NCBI GenBank assembly: GCA_965240325.2
Contig: OZ251228.1
Location: 2,170,001-2,234,000 of the forward strand
From: Rebecca billardiae RCC1528
Lineage: Eukaryota > Protista > Haptophyta
Direction: 5' to 3'
DNA: 64,000 bases
The notes beneath the pieces were generated by a model. It was given only the letters and a program-made list of their open reading frames with translations, did not search any database and was not told the DNA's origin. Of the stretch, positions 44,037 to 56,215 are shown one piece after another. The first letter of the stretch is position 1. The number at the start of each line of letters is the position of its first letter. Both the position numbers and the translations under genes were made by a program.

Positions 44037-44903
44037 TCAGCTCGTCGAGGCTGTCGCCACGCCGCCCTCTGCCTCCGCAGCAGCCGGTGCCTCGCTCGCC
44101 GGCAGGCCGAAGCCCTGCAGCAGCTCCTCCTCCAGCGGGTGCGGGTCGCCCACGATGACCATGCTGTGCAGCGGCGGCCCAAACTCGACCGAAAGGAGCT
44201 CGGCCGCTGTGCCCACAACGATGCGCTGGTCGGCGCAGCCGACGCGCGCGACGCCAATGCACCTCGCCTCGGGCGTGCACACGCCCTCGCCCCGCGCGCG
44301 CTCGATCTCGAGCAGCTGCTCCAGCGCCGTGTTCACGCTCATGAACCGAGGCGGCATGTACACGGGCTTGCCGCGCGCGAGGCTTTCGAGCGTCGGCTCC
44401 TTCACCTTGATGTCGAGGAGGCAGAGCGTGTGCAGGCCGTTGCGCCGGTTGGCGACGATTCGGTCGTAGAACGAGTCAGGCCGCCACTCGTCCGTGAAGA
44501 ACGGGATCGACACCGTCTCGCCGTACCTGTACAGGCTGAGGCCGCAGCAGCCGATCGCGTTCATGATTGAGGCGTTGTAGATGACCTCGACGCCGATGCC
44601 GAGCTTGCGCGCGCGCAGCACGAGGTCCGCGTGGGTGGTCGCGCCGTACGGGTCGCCCACCACGAGTAGCGCCACGCCGCCCTCGCAGCCGCCCTCGAGC
44701 ACGCGGTCGAAGCCCGTCTCGACCATCTCGCGGTCGGCGATCTCGATCGTCACGTTGTAGGCGGCCTCGAGGCGCTCCTTGCCGACGGTGAGGATCGAGG
44801 TGTACGCCTCGAGGTAGACCTTGGCGCACCTCTGCATCGCCTCCACCCCGCGGACGGTGATGTCCTTCTCGTCCGCCAGCCCCAGCCCGATCAAGTACAG
44901 CAT
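44037..44903 (-). CDS. DPH5: Diphthine methyl ester synthase
   Basis: MLYLIGLGLADEKDITVRG, YLEAYTSIL, VGDPYGATTHADL, GLHTLCLLDIKVKE, FGPPLHS. Confidence 0.97.
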   Translation of the reverse strand: MLYLIGLGLADEKDITVRGVEAMQRCAKVYLEAYTSILTVGKERLEAAYNVTIEIADREMVETGFDRVLEGGCEGGVALLVVGDPYGATTHADLVLRARKLGIGVEVIYNASIMNAIGCCGLSLYRYGETVSIPFFTDEWRPDSFYDRIVANRRNGLHTLCLLDIKVKEPTLESLARGKPVYMPPRFMSVNTALEQLLEIERARGEGVCTPEARCIGVARVGCADQRIVVGTAAELLSVEFGPPLHSMVIVGDPHPLEEELLQGFGLPASEAPAAAEAEGGVATASTS

Positions 44904-45290
44904 CGTTGCACGGGCGCGAATCCCACGTCCAGTCAGCGCACGGGCGGACACGGGGCACGCGACCACGATGGCGGCCCAGTCACCCATAGACAGCATAGTA
45001 CCGTTTAGACCGTTGTCGATTGACTGTCGTAGCAGCTCATGTCTATCGAACGCTTCGCAGCTAAGTAGCTACTCTGCTACTGACTAGGACTCGGTCACCA
45101 TCTGCGCCGCCGCGCAAACAGTGAGCCAGCGCCCAGCCGGGCAGCAAGAGAGCGTGTAGTCTGATACATCACGCGAGTTAACAGTAACGGGCCGCCGTCA
45201 CAGACGGCGCCGCGCCCGCGGCGCAGTGAGACTCGCAGACCGCAGCAGTGGTGGGCTGAGCCAACGTGTGGGCGTACGTCGGTCGCCCGC

Positions 45291-48200
45291 TCAGTCGCGT
45301 GCGCGCGACGACGGCGTGCGAGGCGACTTTGGCGTGCGCGGGGGTGTGCGCACCCCCTGCGAGCGCGCGCCGCCGCCGCCGCTCGCGCTTCCCCCGTCCC
45401 CGCCGGCCTTAGAGCCGAGAAGCTTGGCCATCAGCGGCCCGCTGCCGTGGCCGCGCGTGAGCTGGATCGAGTCCGAGGCGCTGATTGGCTGGGCCTGTGC
45501 GGCGGCGAGCGCGGCGGGAACGGGGCGTGCGTCAGCGCACGCCGCCCGCCTCCACCGCTGCTGCGAGCGCGGCCGCAGCTCCCGGCTGCGCCGGAGGGCG
45601 CGGGCGGCGCGGCGCAAGCGTCCGTTGCAGCGCGCACACACCTTGAACCGAGTGCCGCTGCCGACCGCGCTCGCGAGCGAGTCAGCGCCGCCGTCCGTGC
45701 GCAGGTTCTTGAAGGTGACCACGCCTCCGATGGCGTTCCCAGTGAGCTGATCGCTGAGCACGTTCACAGAGGCCACGTCTCCCTCCAGCTTGAGCCTGCG
45801 CGCACAGCGGCGCAGCGGCGCAGCAGCACAGCGGCACGGATTGAGCGGAGGGCGGCGGGCACGCAGCCGGCGCGGCGAGGGATGTGCGCGCGAGCGGGGA
45901 CGAGCACAGCCGAGCGCGCGGCTCCTCGCCGCGCAGGGCCTCGCCCGCGGCGGGCGCGCGGCGCGCACTTGCGCAGGTGGCTCCCGAGCTGCTTGGCCGT
46001 CGTGTCCGGCGGCAGGCCGGCGAGCAGCACGTCAGCGCGGCCGTGCTGCTCCTGGGCGATGCCGCCGGTGGCGTCGGCGCTGGTCTGGAGCTCGGTGCGC
46101 GTGGGCGCGCTGCCCCCGCCGAGCACCGCGCCCATCTGCATCGAGCCCACCAGCTCCGGGTCGGGCGACGCCGCGCGCGGATGCACCCTGCGCGAGGGCG
46201 TCGCGCCGTCCACGGGCTCCGGCGTGTAGGGCGGTTGCGTGCGGCGCGTGCGCCCCGTGGCGGTGGAGTGGTCGGCGTCGTAGCCGCCGGCGGCGGAGGA
46301 GAGCTCGTCGTCGTCGCGCTGGGTGTACGCGTACGGCGCCTCCGACGCTGCGCGCGCCGACGACCCCGCCGGCGCCGCGCGCGCCTCGGCCGCGTACTCG
46401 TCGACCTCGTCGTCCGCCAGCTGGCCGCGCGCGCCCGCCCCCGGGCTCTTGAAGAAGGCAGGCGCCTGTGCTGAGACGACGGTGGCGCCGGCGCGGCGGC
46501 CGGCGCTGTGCTCGTCGGCGCCGTGGGCGATGTGCGTGCGCAGCCCCTTCGAGGGCGTCGCGCCGTCGCCGTCCGCCACCGCCTCGAGCTGCGCGCGCAC
46601 GCCGCCATACCTGCCGCCGCCTTCGCCCGCCTGCTCAACCGAGCGCTTCATGAATGCGGGCGCGCCGGGCGAGACGATGGCGGAGTGCGCGACGTGGCCC
46701 TTGCGGCCCGAGCCGGCGGCGTCGCCGACGCGGTCGCCGACGAGGGTGCGCACGCCGCCGCCGGCGTCGAACGCGTCGTACCCGTCGCGCTTCCCGTGCC
46801 GCCCCTGCGGCTCGCCCTCGCCCTCCGCCGCGTCCTTCATGAAGCGAGGCGCGCCGGGCGAGGTGGCGAGGTTGTCGCGCGCGCGCCCGTCGTCTGACAC
46901 CACCTTCTTGCGCCCGATCTGCGCGTAGCGGCGCGCGTCGTCGGCGCGGCGGCGCGCGCCCGCCTCGTCGTCCTCGTCGTACGCGTCCTCGTCCACGCCG
47001 CGCCGCATGAACGCCGGCGCCGCGTCCGACGTCTTCGAGATGTGCTGCTCGCGCGGCGGGGGCTGCTTCTGCAACGGGTGTGAGGGCGGCGCGCGGCCAG
47101 CACTCGGCTCGTCCTCCTCGTCCGCGGACGCGCCGGCGCTGAGGCGCGGCGAGCGCGTGGGCTCGGCGCCGCGCTGCATGAACTCGGGCGCGAGCGACGA
47201 CGTCGCCGTGCCGTACCGCTGCTTGCCGTCCCGCCCGAGCGGCCCGGCGCCCTTCCGCGGGATCGCGTCGATCTGCGACTCGTCGCGCCGGCTGCCCGCG
47301 CCCGCGCGCCCGCCCGCGTCGGGCCGCGGCCGCGGCTCCTTGCCAAAGTTCTCGGCGAGGCCCTCGGAGAGGCCGTGCGAGTTGACGATGCCGCGCTTGC
47401 GCAGCGGCGGCTGCTCCGCCTGCTCCGTCTCGAAGTTCACCTTGCCGCGGTGCCCGCGGCGCGCCTCGCGCTTGCCGCCCGACGCCTCGCCGTGCGCGCG
47501 CCCGCCCTCCGCGTCGTCCTCCGCCTCGCCGTGCGCGCGCCCGTTCGGCAGCTCGGGCTCGTCGTGCTCCTTGTTCATGTGCGGCAGCGCGGCCGACGCG
47601 GCGGTCTTGTCCTTGCGCGCGCGCTGCGGCCGCTTCGTCTCGTCCGTGCCCGCGAAGCCGAACTCCGACTGCTCGATGTTGTGCGCGTCGCGGTAGTGGC
47701 GGCGGCCCGAGCCGCGCCGCGCGCGGCCGCCGTCGCCGTCGCCGTCGTCGTCGTCGCCGTCGTCGTTGCCGAAGGGGAAGTCGTCCGAGTCGTACCCGCC
47801 GGGCGAGGTGCGCCCGTCGGGCAGGATGATCTTGTCCGACGGCCGCTTCCCCGAGCGCCCCGCCTCCGCCGCGCGCGCGGCCGCCGCCGCCTCCTCCTCG
47901 GCGCTGAGCGGGCGGAAGAATGCCGGGGCGTCGAGGTTGGCGCCCTCGCGCCCGCTCGGGTCGACGGGCACGCGGCGCGCGCCGGCGGCGGTGGGGTCGG
48001 CGACGCGCTTGGCTTTCGCGCCGTACGACGTGGCCACGTGCGAGAGCGTCGCGTGGTTCGCGCCCGCCGCGGGCGCCGTCTCCGCCTTTTGGCGCGCGCG
48101 CTCGGCCTCGATCTGCTCGCGGAGCGAGCCCGCGTCCGCCCACGCGTCGTCGCGCGCGGTGCGCACGGCGCTGGCCCACGCGGTGCCGCTCGGGTCGTAG

Positions 48201-48472
48201 TCGGCGGCGAGGTCGGCCACCATGCGGCGCGTCGCGTTCGTCGAGCCCTCCAGCGTCGGGTCGTCCGAATCGCGCGCCCACTCTGGAAGCCAGTCCTCGC
48301 CCGGCCGCGGCGGCGCGCTCCGCAGCGCGAGCACCTTGTGGACGGCGTCGCCCTCGGCCGCGGCGTCAGCCAGCCGGCCGCCGCGCTCGGGCTCCAAGCC
48401 GCGGCGCTCGACCTCGCTGAGCGCGTCGTACAGCGCCGAGCCGCGCTCGAAGAAGGGCTTGTCGTCGGCCAT
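45291..48472 (-). CDS. Large low-complexity protein with a possible degenerate RRM-like C-terminus; introns 45796-45968 and ~45495-45641
   Basis: Long codon-biased ORF; recurring (S)PGAPxFM motif; spliced C-terminus DVLLAGLPPDTTAKQLGSHL..VASVNVLSDQLTG..GVVTF. Confidence 0.7.
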
Positions 48473-48813
48473 CGGGAACGGGGGCTCGCGCGAGTTGCCG
48501 GGCGCGAGTTGCCGAAATCACGCCGGCACCTCCCCTACCGGTGCGGCACGGGCAAGGGCGCACGGGGCGCCTGTGCCCGGAGCGCTTCACAACCCGGGCG
48601 GAGAGTTGCACCGGACTGCGCGCGAAAGATCGACGCCATGCTGGCGGTGAGATCGCCGAATAAGCAGCGGAACGTGCTTTTTAAAAAGTCGGGCGCCGCC
48701 GCCCGCGCGGCTCCTGACCAGCTCCCCAGCCCGAGCGGCGCCGCCGCCGCCGGCAGGTGGCTCAAGAACTGGGCAGGCTGAGCCCGATCGACGCGCGCGC
48801 GAATCGGTACAGT

Positions 48814-49731
48814 ATGGCCACCCGTCTCCCGCTGCGCGCGGCAAGCAGCGTGGCGGCGCTGTCGAGGCTGGAGGTGTCGCGCCAGGCGCTCAAGGCGTGG
48901 GGCGGGAGGGGCACGGTCACGCTCGAGCGCCACGACTCCGTCGCCACGCTGACGCTCGACTGCACCGCGCAGAAGAACGCGCTCACGCCCAAAATGATGT
49001 TCGAGTTTGCGCAGGCGGTCGACGAGCTCGAGCGGGACGATACGCTCGCGGCGTGCATCCTGCGCGGTGCGGGCGCGACGTTCTGCACCGGTGCCTCCTT
49101 CGACATGTTCGCCGGCACCGCCTCCGACCCGGCCGCTCTGCAGGAGCTCGGGAGGCACATGTGCGCCGTGATGCAGGACGCGACGGGCCGGCTCCTGCGG
49201 CTACCAGCGGTCAGCGTCACACTAGTGGAAGGGCATGCGATCGGCGGTGGCGCCGAGCTCGCGACGTGCACCGACTTCCGCGTGTGGGCGCCGGGCGCCG
49301 TGCTGCGCTTCGTGCAGGCGCGCATGGGCCTGGCTCCCGGCTGGGGCGGGGGCGAGCGGCTCGTGCAGCTCGTCGGCCGGCGGCGCGCGCTCGAGCTGCT
49401 CGGTGGCTCTCGGATCCTGCGAGCGGACGAGGCGCTCGAGATCGGGCTCGCCGACCGCATCGCCGCGTCCGACAGCGCCTTCGACGCGGACGACGCCGTG
49501 CGCGCCGCGCTCGAGCCGTACATCCGGCAGCCGTACGTCGACGCGCTCCGAGGCGTGAAGCGCGCCGTCTCGATCTCTGCCGACGGCGTGAAGACGAGCC
49601 AGCCGGGGGAGGCGGACCTGTTCAACACGCTGTGGGGGCGCGAGTCGAACCTGCACGCCGTGCGGCGGGTGCAGCAGATGCAGCAGCGCAGCGACGACAT
49701 ACAGATGATCAAGCTCAAGCGCGGGGGCTGA
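48814..49731 (+). CDS. Enoyl-CoA hydratase/crotonase family, ethylmalonyl-CoA decarboxylase (ECHDC1)-like
   Basis: KNALTPKMM, FCTGA, GHAIGGGAELATCTDFR, FVQARMGLAPGWGGG. Confidence 0.88.
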   Translation: MATRLPLRAASSVAALSRLEVSRQALKAWGGRGTVTLERHDSVATLTLDCTAQKNALTPKMMFEFAQAVDELERDDTLAACILRGAGATFCTGASFDMFAGTASDPAALQELGRHMCAVMQDATGRLLRLPAVSVTLVEGHAIGGGAELATCTDFRVWAPGAVLRFVQARMGLAPGWGGGERLVQLVGRRRALELLGGSRILRADEALEIGLADRIAASDSAFDADDAVRAALEPYIRQPYVDALRGVKRAVSISADGVKTSQPGEADLFNTLWGRESNLHAVRRVQQMQQRSDDIQMIKLKRGG

Positions 49732-50959
49732 GCCGAATGCTCGGCAGGTCTCGTCGCGTGCGCAGTGTGCACCGCCGTCGGCGCCGCGAGCATCGAGGTC
49801 GATGCCAATACAGGTGAGGCGATGAACACATGCGGGCACGCCGACTGGGGATGGTGCGGATGCGTTGCCCGTCGACGCGGTGCTTGCGAGCGCACCTCAG
49901 GGCCACGACCGTGCGGCCAGCGTCTGACGCGCTGAGCTTAGCTGAGCTGTCTTCGGCTGGAACAGCAGCACTCCGCAGCCTGACGACTTCGGCGTGAGTC
50001 GTAACGGCGACCCAGGCTTCGTGGGAGTGTGCCGCCTCAGGCATTGCCAGGCTGCGGACCCTGCAATCTATCATGCAGGCTGCGCCCGCGGGCGGCTATG
50101 GTCTGAAGCCTGCCTCGTTATCACCCGATGAAGGCGGCTCCGAGCTGCCACCAGTTAAGCCCAGCCAGAGCCAGCTCCGCCGGTCCGACCCGCAGGCTAC
50201 GCCCGCTACACCTACTACCTAGCCGTCAGCCCGTCATGTGCAGGGACGCAGGCCCGCGACGGTGATGCCAACGCCAAGTACGCCAACGGCGTAACTCAAC
50301 GGTACTGTAGCTGAGCCTTATTTAAGAATCGGTCACTCCGCGGCGGACACTCGCCCTCGGAGGCCACGGACGACGACTCGCACGAGTCACGAGTGGCTTG
50401 GACTTGGAGCCTCAGCGTCGGACCGGGCGGTGACCGGGCGGACTCACGTCTCACCGGAGTCGTTGGTGAAGCGGATCGGAGCTGGCAGCTGCCAGTCGGC
50501 GCAGGCTTCGCTACGCCTACTGCCACGGTGACGGTCGGCGCTCGCCGCGGCGCTGCTCGTCACGCGGTCGCGGACGACCGCGCCGCCTCACCGCGCCGGC
50601 GTCGGTCCGACGGTCCGTCACTCCGTCAGACTGCAAGGCCGACTCCGGCCTTTAGCTTGACTAAGCGCAGTATAACCATGCGCGCATATACGATACCGCC
50701 GTTGTTAATTTGCCGCGGACTGCTAAGTCAGCCGCGGTGCCTGTGCCGGGCCCGGGCCCGGGCCGGGCTGCGGCTGCGCCATGCGCGCCGGCCCGCCGGG
50801 GCCGCCGGCGCCGTGCGGCCAGTCCAACCAACTCTCGGACCCGCGGATCGGATTCGGACTCATGAGCCGCTAGTTCGCGGGTCAACGGCACTACTATACT
50901 AGCCTAAGCAGGTAGTCGATGTGCTGTCGGATTCTGTGTACGTGTGCCGAGACGTTGTC

Positions 50960-51433
50960 TCACGTAGTAAGGACCGTCGCCGACAGGCCCCTGGGCGGCG
51001 TCATGCCCTCATTGCCCCTGACATCGATGAGTTCCAGCATTGGCAGCGCACGAAGCAAGTCATCGGGGAGGGACGTGAGCGCGTTGTACGCCAGGTTGAG
51101 CTCCTTGAGCTCGCGAAGGGTACCAACCTCAGCAGGCACGTGCGTGAGCCGGTTGTGACTCAGATCGAGGCGCTGGAGCTTGTGCAGGCGCCACACCTCT
51201 GGCCAACGGTCGATCCCATTCCCGGAGAGGCGGAGGTCGGTGATGCCTCGCAGCTTTGGTAGCGCGATCGAGAAGCGGCAGAGGCAGAGCTCGCCGACCT
51301 TCTCGCACATGAGGTTGTCGCAGATGAGCTCAGAGCTCGCGCTCAGGTCGAGGATGCGCGTGGCAGCACTCACGTTGCGTATTTTGTTGGCGCCGAGCGT
51401 GCACAGCGCTCGCCGCCATCGTGCGGCCATCAT
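50960..51433 (-). CDS. Small leucine-rich-repeat protein
   Basis: ITDLRLSGNGI, LQRLDLSHNRLTHVP, LKELNLAYNALTSLP, LELIDVRGN. Confidence 0.85.
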   Translation of the reverse strand: MMAARWRRALCTLGANKIRNVSAATRILDLSASSELICDNLMCEKVGELCLCRFSIALPKLRGITDLRLSGNGIDRWPEVWRLHKLQRLDLSHNRLTHVPAEVGTLRELKELNLAYNALTSLPDDLLRALPMLELIDVRGNEGMTPPRGLSATVLTT

Positions 51434-51549
51434 TTTCAGGGGACAACCGGTGGCGCGTGTCGTCGCGCCTGCATGCACCGCGGCGAGAGGGCCGGGCGCG
51501 AAGGCACGAGGTGGCGAAGCGCTCGGTGCGCGGGGATCGCAGCGCGCTG

Positions 51550-52878
51550 ATGAATTCGCTGTGGATCGGGCTCGCTCTATGCAGCATCCGCCCCTGGGAG
51601 CACCGCCGCGTGGCGGTGCACGTGACACGCGCCTGCGAGCGACGGCTGCTGTCCTCGGCGGCCGTAGTCGGTGATGGATTCACAGCCGCAGTTGTCTTCC
51701 AGGAGGAGGTCCAGCGCACGAGCTATGACGACGTGCCGCCCGGCACAGTGGGCATCTGTTTCGGCCCCAGCGGGAAGAAGGCGCTCGCCGTCGGCCTGTT
51801 TGACCCGGTGAGCCCGCTGCGGGTGCGCGTACTTGCGCTCGGTGCCACCAGCGCCCCGATCGACAGCGCGTGGGTCGGCCGGACCATCGCACGAGCGGCC
51901 GCTGAGCGAGGGGCGCTCTTCGACAACCACTGCGACGAGGCGACGACGGGGTACCGCCTGGTGAACGGTGAGCACGACGGCCTCCCCGGACTGGTCGTCG
52001 ACCGGTACGGCGACACGCTCGTCGCCAAGTGCTACTCGGCCGCGTGGCTGCCGTGGCGTGAGGAGGTGGCGGCCGCGCTGGTCGATGCGTGCCCCGTCGC
52101 ACAGCGCGTCGTGCTCCTGCAGTCGCGCGAGATCGCGCGCCTCGCGCACGACGCTCGCGCGGGGGCGAGCCACGGCGACGTGCTGCGCGGCGCGCCGCTT
52201 CCGGCCGACGGCCGCGTCCGCTTCCGCGAGAACGGTCTCGAATTTGCATGCCAGCCCGTCGATGGGCAGAAGACGGGCTTCTTCCTGGACCAGAGGGAGA
52301 ACCGCGCGCGCGTGCGCACGCTGGTGCAGCGCGCGGGGGCGAGCGCCGTGCTCAACGTCTTCGCGTACACCGGCGGCTTCTCTCTGTACGCGGCCGACGG
52401 CGGCGCCGCGGCCGTGACCTCGGTGGACCTGGCTGCGCGCGCCATCGCCGACTGCGAGCGCAACTGGGCGCTGAACGCGCACCGCCCGGCGATACGCGCG
52501 GCGTCGCACGAGGGGGTCGTGGCCGACGCGTTCGAGGCGATGGACCGGCTGCGCGCCGACGGGCGCCGCTTCGACCTCGCCGTCGTCGACCCGCCGGCGT
52601 TCGCGCAGCGCGAGCGACACGTGCCCAAGGCTCTCGGCGCGTACTCTGCGCTCGCTCGCGCCGCCGTGCAGCTGGTGGAGCCGGGCGGGCGCGTGCTCCT
52701 GGCGTCGTGCTCGGCGCGTGTTGGCTCCGACGCGTTCCTCGACGCCGTGCGTCGCGGCGCGCAGGCGGCCGGGCGCCCCTTGCGCGTGGAGGACGTGACA
52801 GGGCACGCGGCAGACCACCCGGTCCGTGCGCACGGCGCCACGCCCTACCTCAAGGGCGTGTTCGCGACGGTGCCGTGA
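51550..52878 (+). CDS. RlmI/RlmK-like SAM-dependent rRNA methyltransferase, probably organelle-targeted
   Basis: GYRLVNGEHDGLPGLVVDRYGD, GQKTGFFLDQRENR, VLNVFAYTGGFS, VVDPPAF, LASCS. Confidence 0.9.
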   Translation: MNSLWIGLALCSIRPWEHRRVAVHVTRACERRLLSSAAVVGDGFTAAVVFQEEVQRTSYDDVPPGTVGICFGPSGKKALAVGLFDPVSPLRVRVLALGATSAPIDSAWVGRTIARAAAERGALFDNHCDEATTGYRLVNGEHDGLPGLVVDRYGDTLVAKCYSAAWLPWREEVAAALVDACPVAQRVVLLQSREIARLAHDARAGASHGDVLRGAPLPADGRVRFRENGLEFACQPVDGQKTGFFLDQRENRARVRTLVQRAGASAVLNVFAYTGGFSLYAADGGAAAVTSVDLAARAIADCERNWALNAHRPAIRAASHEGVVADAFEAMDRLRADGRRFDLAVVDPPAFAQRERHVPKALGAYSALARAAVQLVEPGGRVLLASCSARVGSDAFLDAVRRGAQAAGRPLRVEDVTGHAADHPVRAHGATPYLKGVFATVP

Positions 52879-53334
52879 CTGAGCCTGGGGCCTGCCGCCT
52901 GACGGTGAGGGGTGGCCTCGCGCCGTGCTGCACCCTGCGCGGGAGCCAGTCGCAGCTGCGACTTCCACTCGCCCGCGCCCGCAGCGACCGAGCAGGCGAG
53001 TTGTGCTTCGCGGCGCGCGCGCAGTCGCCAGGCCGAACCGGCTGATCGCGATTCGAGAGCTTCTTCACATCACGCAGCCTCAGATGGCCTCGACCGTCGA
53101 CCGCTGCGGACGGAGCCGTGAGCAACCATCGTCGCGCCGCGAGCAGCGGCGCGAGATACGTGCCAGTAGCGCAATCACAGAAAAGCAGGCTGCAACAGAG
53201 CAAAACTTCACGCCCGCCTGAGCTGCGTGCGTCTTACTGTAGTGAACTGTACAGTGAAGTAGTACAGTAGTGTACAGTACGCAGTCGAAGTAAGAGGAAA
53301 GTCATCAAGGCAACAACAAAGGAAACAGTACCGG

Positions 53335-53381
53335 TACAGTTTACTAAGAATAAGAGACGCACACAGCTCAGGCAGGCGAGT
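53335..53381 (-). repeat. Element end TACAGTTTACTAAGAATAAGAGACGCACACAGCTCAGGCAGGCGAG
   Basis: Reverse complement of 29958-30005, 53210-53251 and 55457-55504. Confidence 0.85.
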
Positions 53382-53474
53382 AAGTATCAAGGTGGACACT
53401 CGCACAACCAGTGACGAGCCGCACTGGATGGAGAAGCGGCGCGCACACGAGGGCGGCCCGCGATCTCTGGCGCG

Positions 53475-54887
53475 ATGAAGCGAGTGGCCTTCGGCCTGAA
53501 CCGCAAGGTCAAGGTGAGCGAGGGCAATGCCCTTGGCGAGGTGGGGCATATTCCTAGTGCGGCGGCACCTGGCACGGAAGCTTCCCAATTCCTCGCTGGT
53601 CCGCCAGCCGCCGCTCCTGCAGCGATCGCGGATGGCGCGCAGCAGCCGATCACTTCGCCGGTGGACGGCGTGCCGCCCGTGAGCGCGGCAAGGCGCGAGC
53701 GGCGAAAGAAGTGGGGCTACGTGGCGGGGGCGGGGGCGGATGCGGACAGTGCTGCACAGCCCAAGCGCGAGCGCTCGAAGTGGGGCTACGCCTCGCCAGC
53801 ATCCGAGCCGCCACTGCCCGTCGTGCCACCTGGCGCGCAGCCGCACCTGCCGGCTCAAGTGCAGCTGGCCTCGCTCCCCGCGCAGCCCAAGCCACCCGCG
53901 CCGGCGCCGCCGCTTTCGCAGCCGCCGGTGCCCATCGTGCCCACCCCGCCTCAGCCCGCGCCGCATCCACTGGACGCGGCGGAGCCACCGACGGCCAGCA
54001 CAACCGCCGCGGCCGCCGCCAGTGCTCCGCCCGCGCCCTCGGCCGCAGATGTGCCTCCAGTTCCCAAGGCCAAGGGGATGGATCTGTCCCAAGCCGCGAA
54101 CTCCGCACTGCAGCAGGTCGTCGCAGCGACCGCAGCCATGGCCAACGTGCCTCCAACCGCGGCGATGGCCGCGGTGGCCGCTGCGCTCGGCAACCGCGCC
54201 GGAGTCCTCGGCTTCAACGCTGGAGGCGCCTTGGCGGGCGGCGGCGGCCGCGCGCGGGACGAGGAGCGCGGCGGCGAGGACAAGGATGGCGCGCGTGCTT
54301 CTGCTGAGGGCGCGGGTGACTCTGGCCGGCGGCAGCGGGCGAAGGGCGCAGGCGGCGCGCGCGGCGATCGTCGCAGCCGCAGCCGCAGCCGCAGCCGAAG
54401 CCGCAGCCGCAGCCGCAGCCGCAGCGCGCGCAGGCAGAGCCGCAGTCCGCGACGCGCTTCGCCGCCGCGGCGCGGCGGGAGCTCGCCGACTCGGCGGCAC
54501 ACCGGATCGCCACCGCCACGCCGTTCGAGCCCGCCGCGGCGATTCGACAGGGGCGTCGCGCGCGAGTGGCGCCCGGTGCGCCCGCCGCCGGCCGTCGTGC
54601 GCGAGTGGAAGGGCGGCGCCCACGGGGCTGACGCCAAGCAGCAGCGCGAGCGCGGCGCGGACGCGCCGCAGCGCGCGCCCAAGGGCGGAGCCGCCGATGC
54701 TGCTGCGCCGGCTGCGGAGAGCCGTCCACCCGACGTTCTTCAGCTCGCCGGGCGGTATCTGGATGTCCTCACCGCCGAGCAGCTTGCTGAGCTGCCGGCG
54801 AGCGAGCTGATGCAGCTGCACGCGCGCCATCTGAAGGCACTGCGCGTGCTCTCGGACGTTGAGCAGCGCATGCTGCTCGGCTGCTGA
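53475..54887 (+). CDS. Pro-rich, RS-domain protein (possible splicing-associated factor)
   Basis: 470-aa ORF; RRERRKKWG and KRERSKWG; long RS dipeptide run; helical C-terminus. Confidence 0.7.
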   Translation: MKRVAFGLNRKVKVSEGNALGEVGHIPSAAAPGTEASQFLAGPPAAAPAAIADGAQQPITSPVDGVPPVSAARRERRKKWGYVAGAGADADSAAQPKRERSKWGYASPASEPPLPVVPPGAQPHLPAQVQLASLPAQPKPPAPAPPLSQPPVPIVPTPPQPAPHPLDAAEPPTASTTAAAAASAPPAPSAADVPPVPKAKGMDLSQAANSALQQVVAATAAMANVPPTAAMAAVAAALGNRAGVLGFNAGGALAGGGGRARDEERGGEDKDGARASAEGAGDSGRRQRAKGAGGARGDRRSRSRSRSRSRSRSRSRSARRQSRSPRRASPPRRGGSSPTRRHTGSPPPRRSSPPRRFDRGVAREWRPVRPPPAVVREWKGGAHGADAKQQRERGADAPQRAPKGGAADAAAPAAESRPPDVLQLAGRYLDVLTAEQLAELPASELMQLHARHLKALRVLSDVEQRMLLGC

Positions 54888-55037
54888 CTGGCAAGGGCAA
54901 TGTCAGGGCCGCTGCCGCGACGTTCATGACGAACTCTGGAGACTGCCTCTGATGCCTCTAGATTACTATAGTATATTTAGACACCTACGCAGAATGCCAG
55001 TTGCCGCCTTGCCGGAATTCTTAAACACTGCACTTGA

Positions 55038-55263
<226 letters not shown>

Positions 55264-55456
55264 TGATCCGCCCGGTGCCCATTTAATAATAGACTAATAA
55301 AAGTAAAACTAGTACTAGCTATACTGTCATCATCACTGCTGACGTCATGACGCCGGTTAGCGGCGGGTTATTTCTGCGCGGGTTATTAGACTACTAACGT
55401 ACGTTCCGCGAGTCCGCGACGGTCCGCATCCAGGCGGCTGATCTCGCCTGCCACTC

Positions 55457-55504
55457 GGCCTGCCTGAGCTGTGTGCGTCTTATCTTATTCTTACGGAAAC
55501 TGTA
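55457..55504 (+). repeat. Element end, inverted relative to 53335-53381
   Basis: GCCTGCCTGAGCTGTGTGCGTCTTATCTTATTCTTACGGAAACTGTA. Confidence 0.8.
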
Positions 55505-56215
55505 GTATCATCCGTTGATGATCTCGGATCTAACTACTACTCTACTACTACTAGCTAGCAGCTGTATGACGATATCTATCGCGGAGCGACTCAGGGAAAC
55601 GTGCTGCGAATGACGAATAATTTCATCGTCGTGCTACTTCATCTGCGGAACGTAGCTAGTATCTACAGTAGCCTTCCCGGCCACCATCCCCTCCACTGCT
55701 AACTAACACGGTCAGGCCGACAGGCGCTCCAGCCTGGCCAGCCTGCGGGCGAGCCTGCCCGGCCGCGGCCCAGCCGGCCTTGAAGTTGCGGCAGTTGCCC
55801 GGACTAACTGTCGTCTGTCTGTCACGGCTGAATCGAGACCCCCGCGCACTGGGGCCGCACTGGGCGCGAGCTCGGTGGGGACGTGGCGAGCGGGTCGGTG
55901 CGCGCCGCGAGATGGATGCGCGATTGTACCGACGCAAGGGTTGGCCTAGTCTTCCGCCTCTCGGCTCTCCAGTTTTACCCCGCCAAGACAGGTGCACGCA
56001 ACGCTTGAACAGCCTGGCTGCAGGCCATTCAACGAAGGCAAGCCTACCACCAAGGTGATGGTGGACATGTTGCGGCCACGCGACGCCGCCGCCATCGTGG
56101 CTAGCTGCCTGGAGAGTGGAGACTGTCTTGTCTGCGCTGACGAAGCGCTGCAAGCGCCAAGCTGCACTCGTCAAGACGTGTGGGCACTGCACCGCCGCCA
56201 TAGATTACGGCGACG

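Noticed and set aside
51550-52878. Bacterial contamination or recent HGT of the RlmI-like gene
   Set aside because: Codon style matches the neighbours, it has an N-terminal extension, and it sits among intron-containing genes; more likely an organelle-targeted nuclear gene
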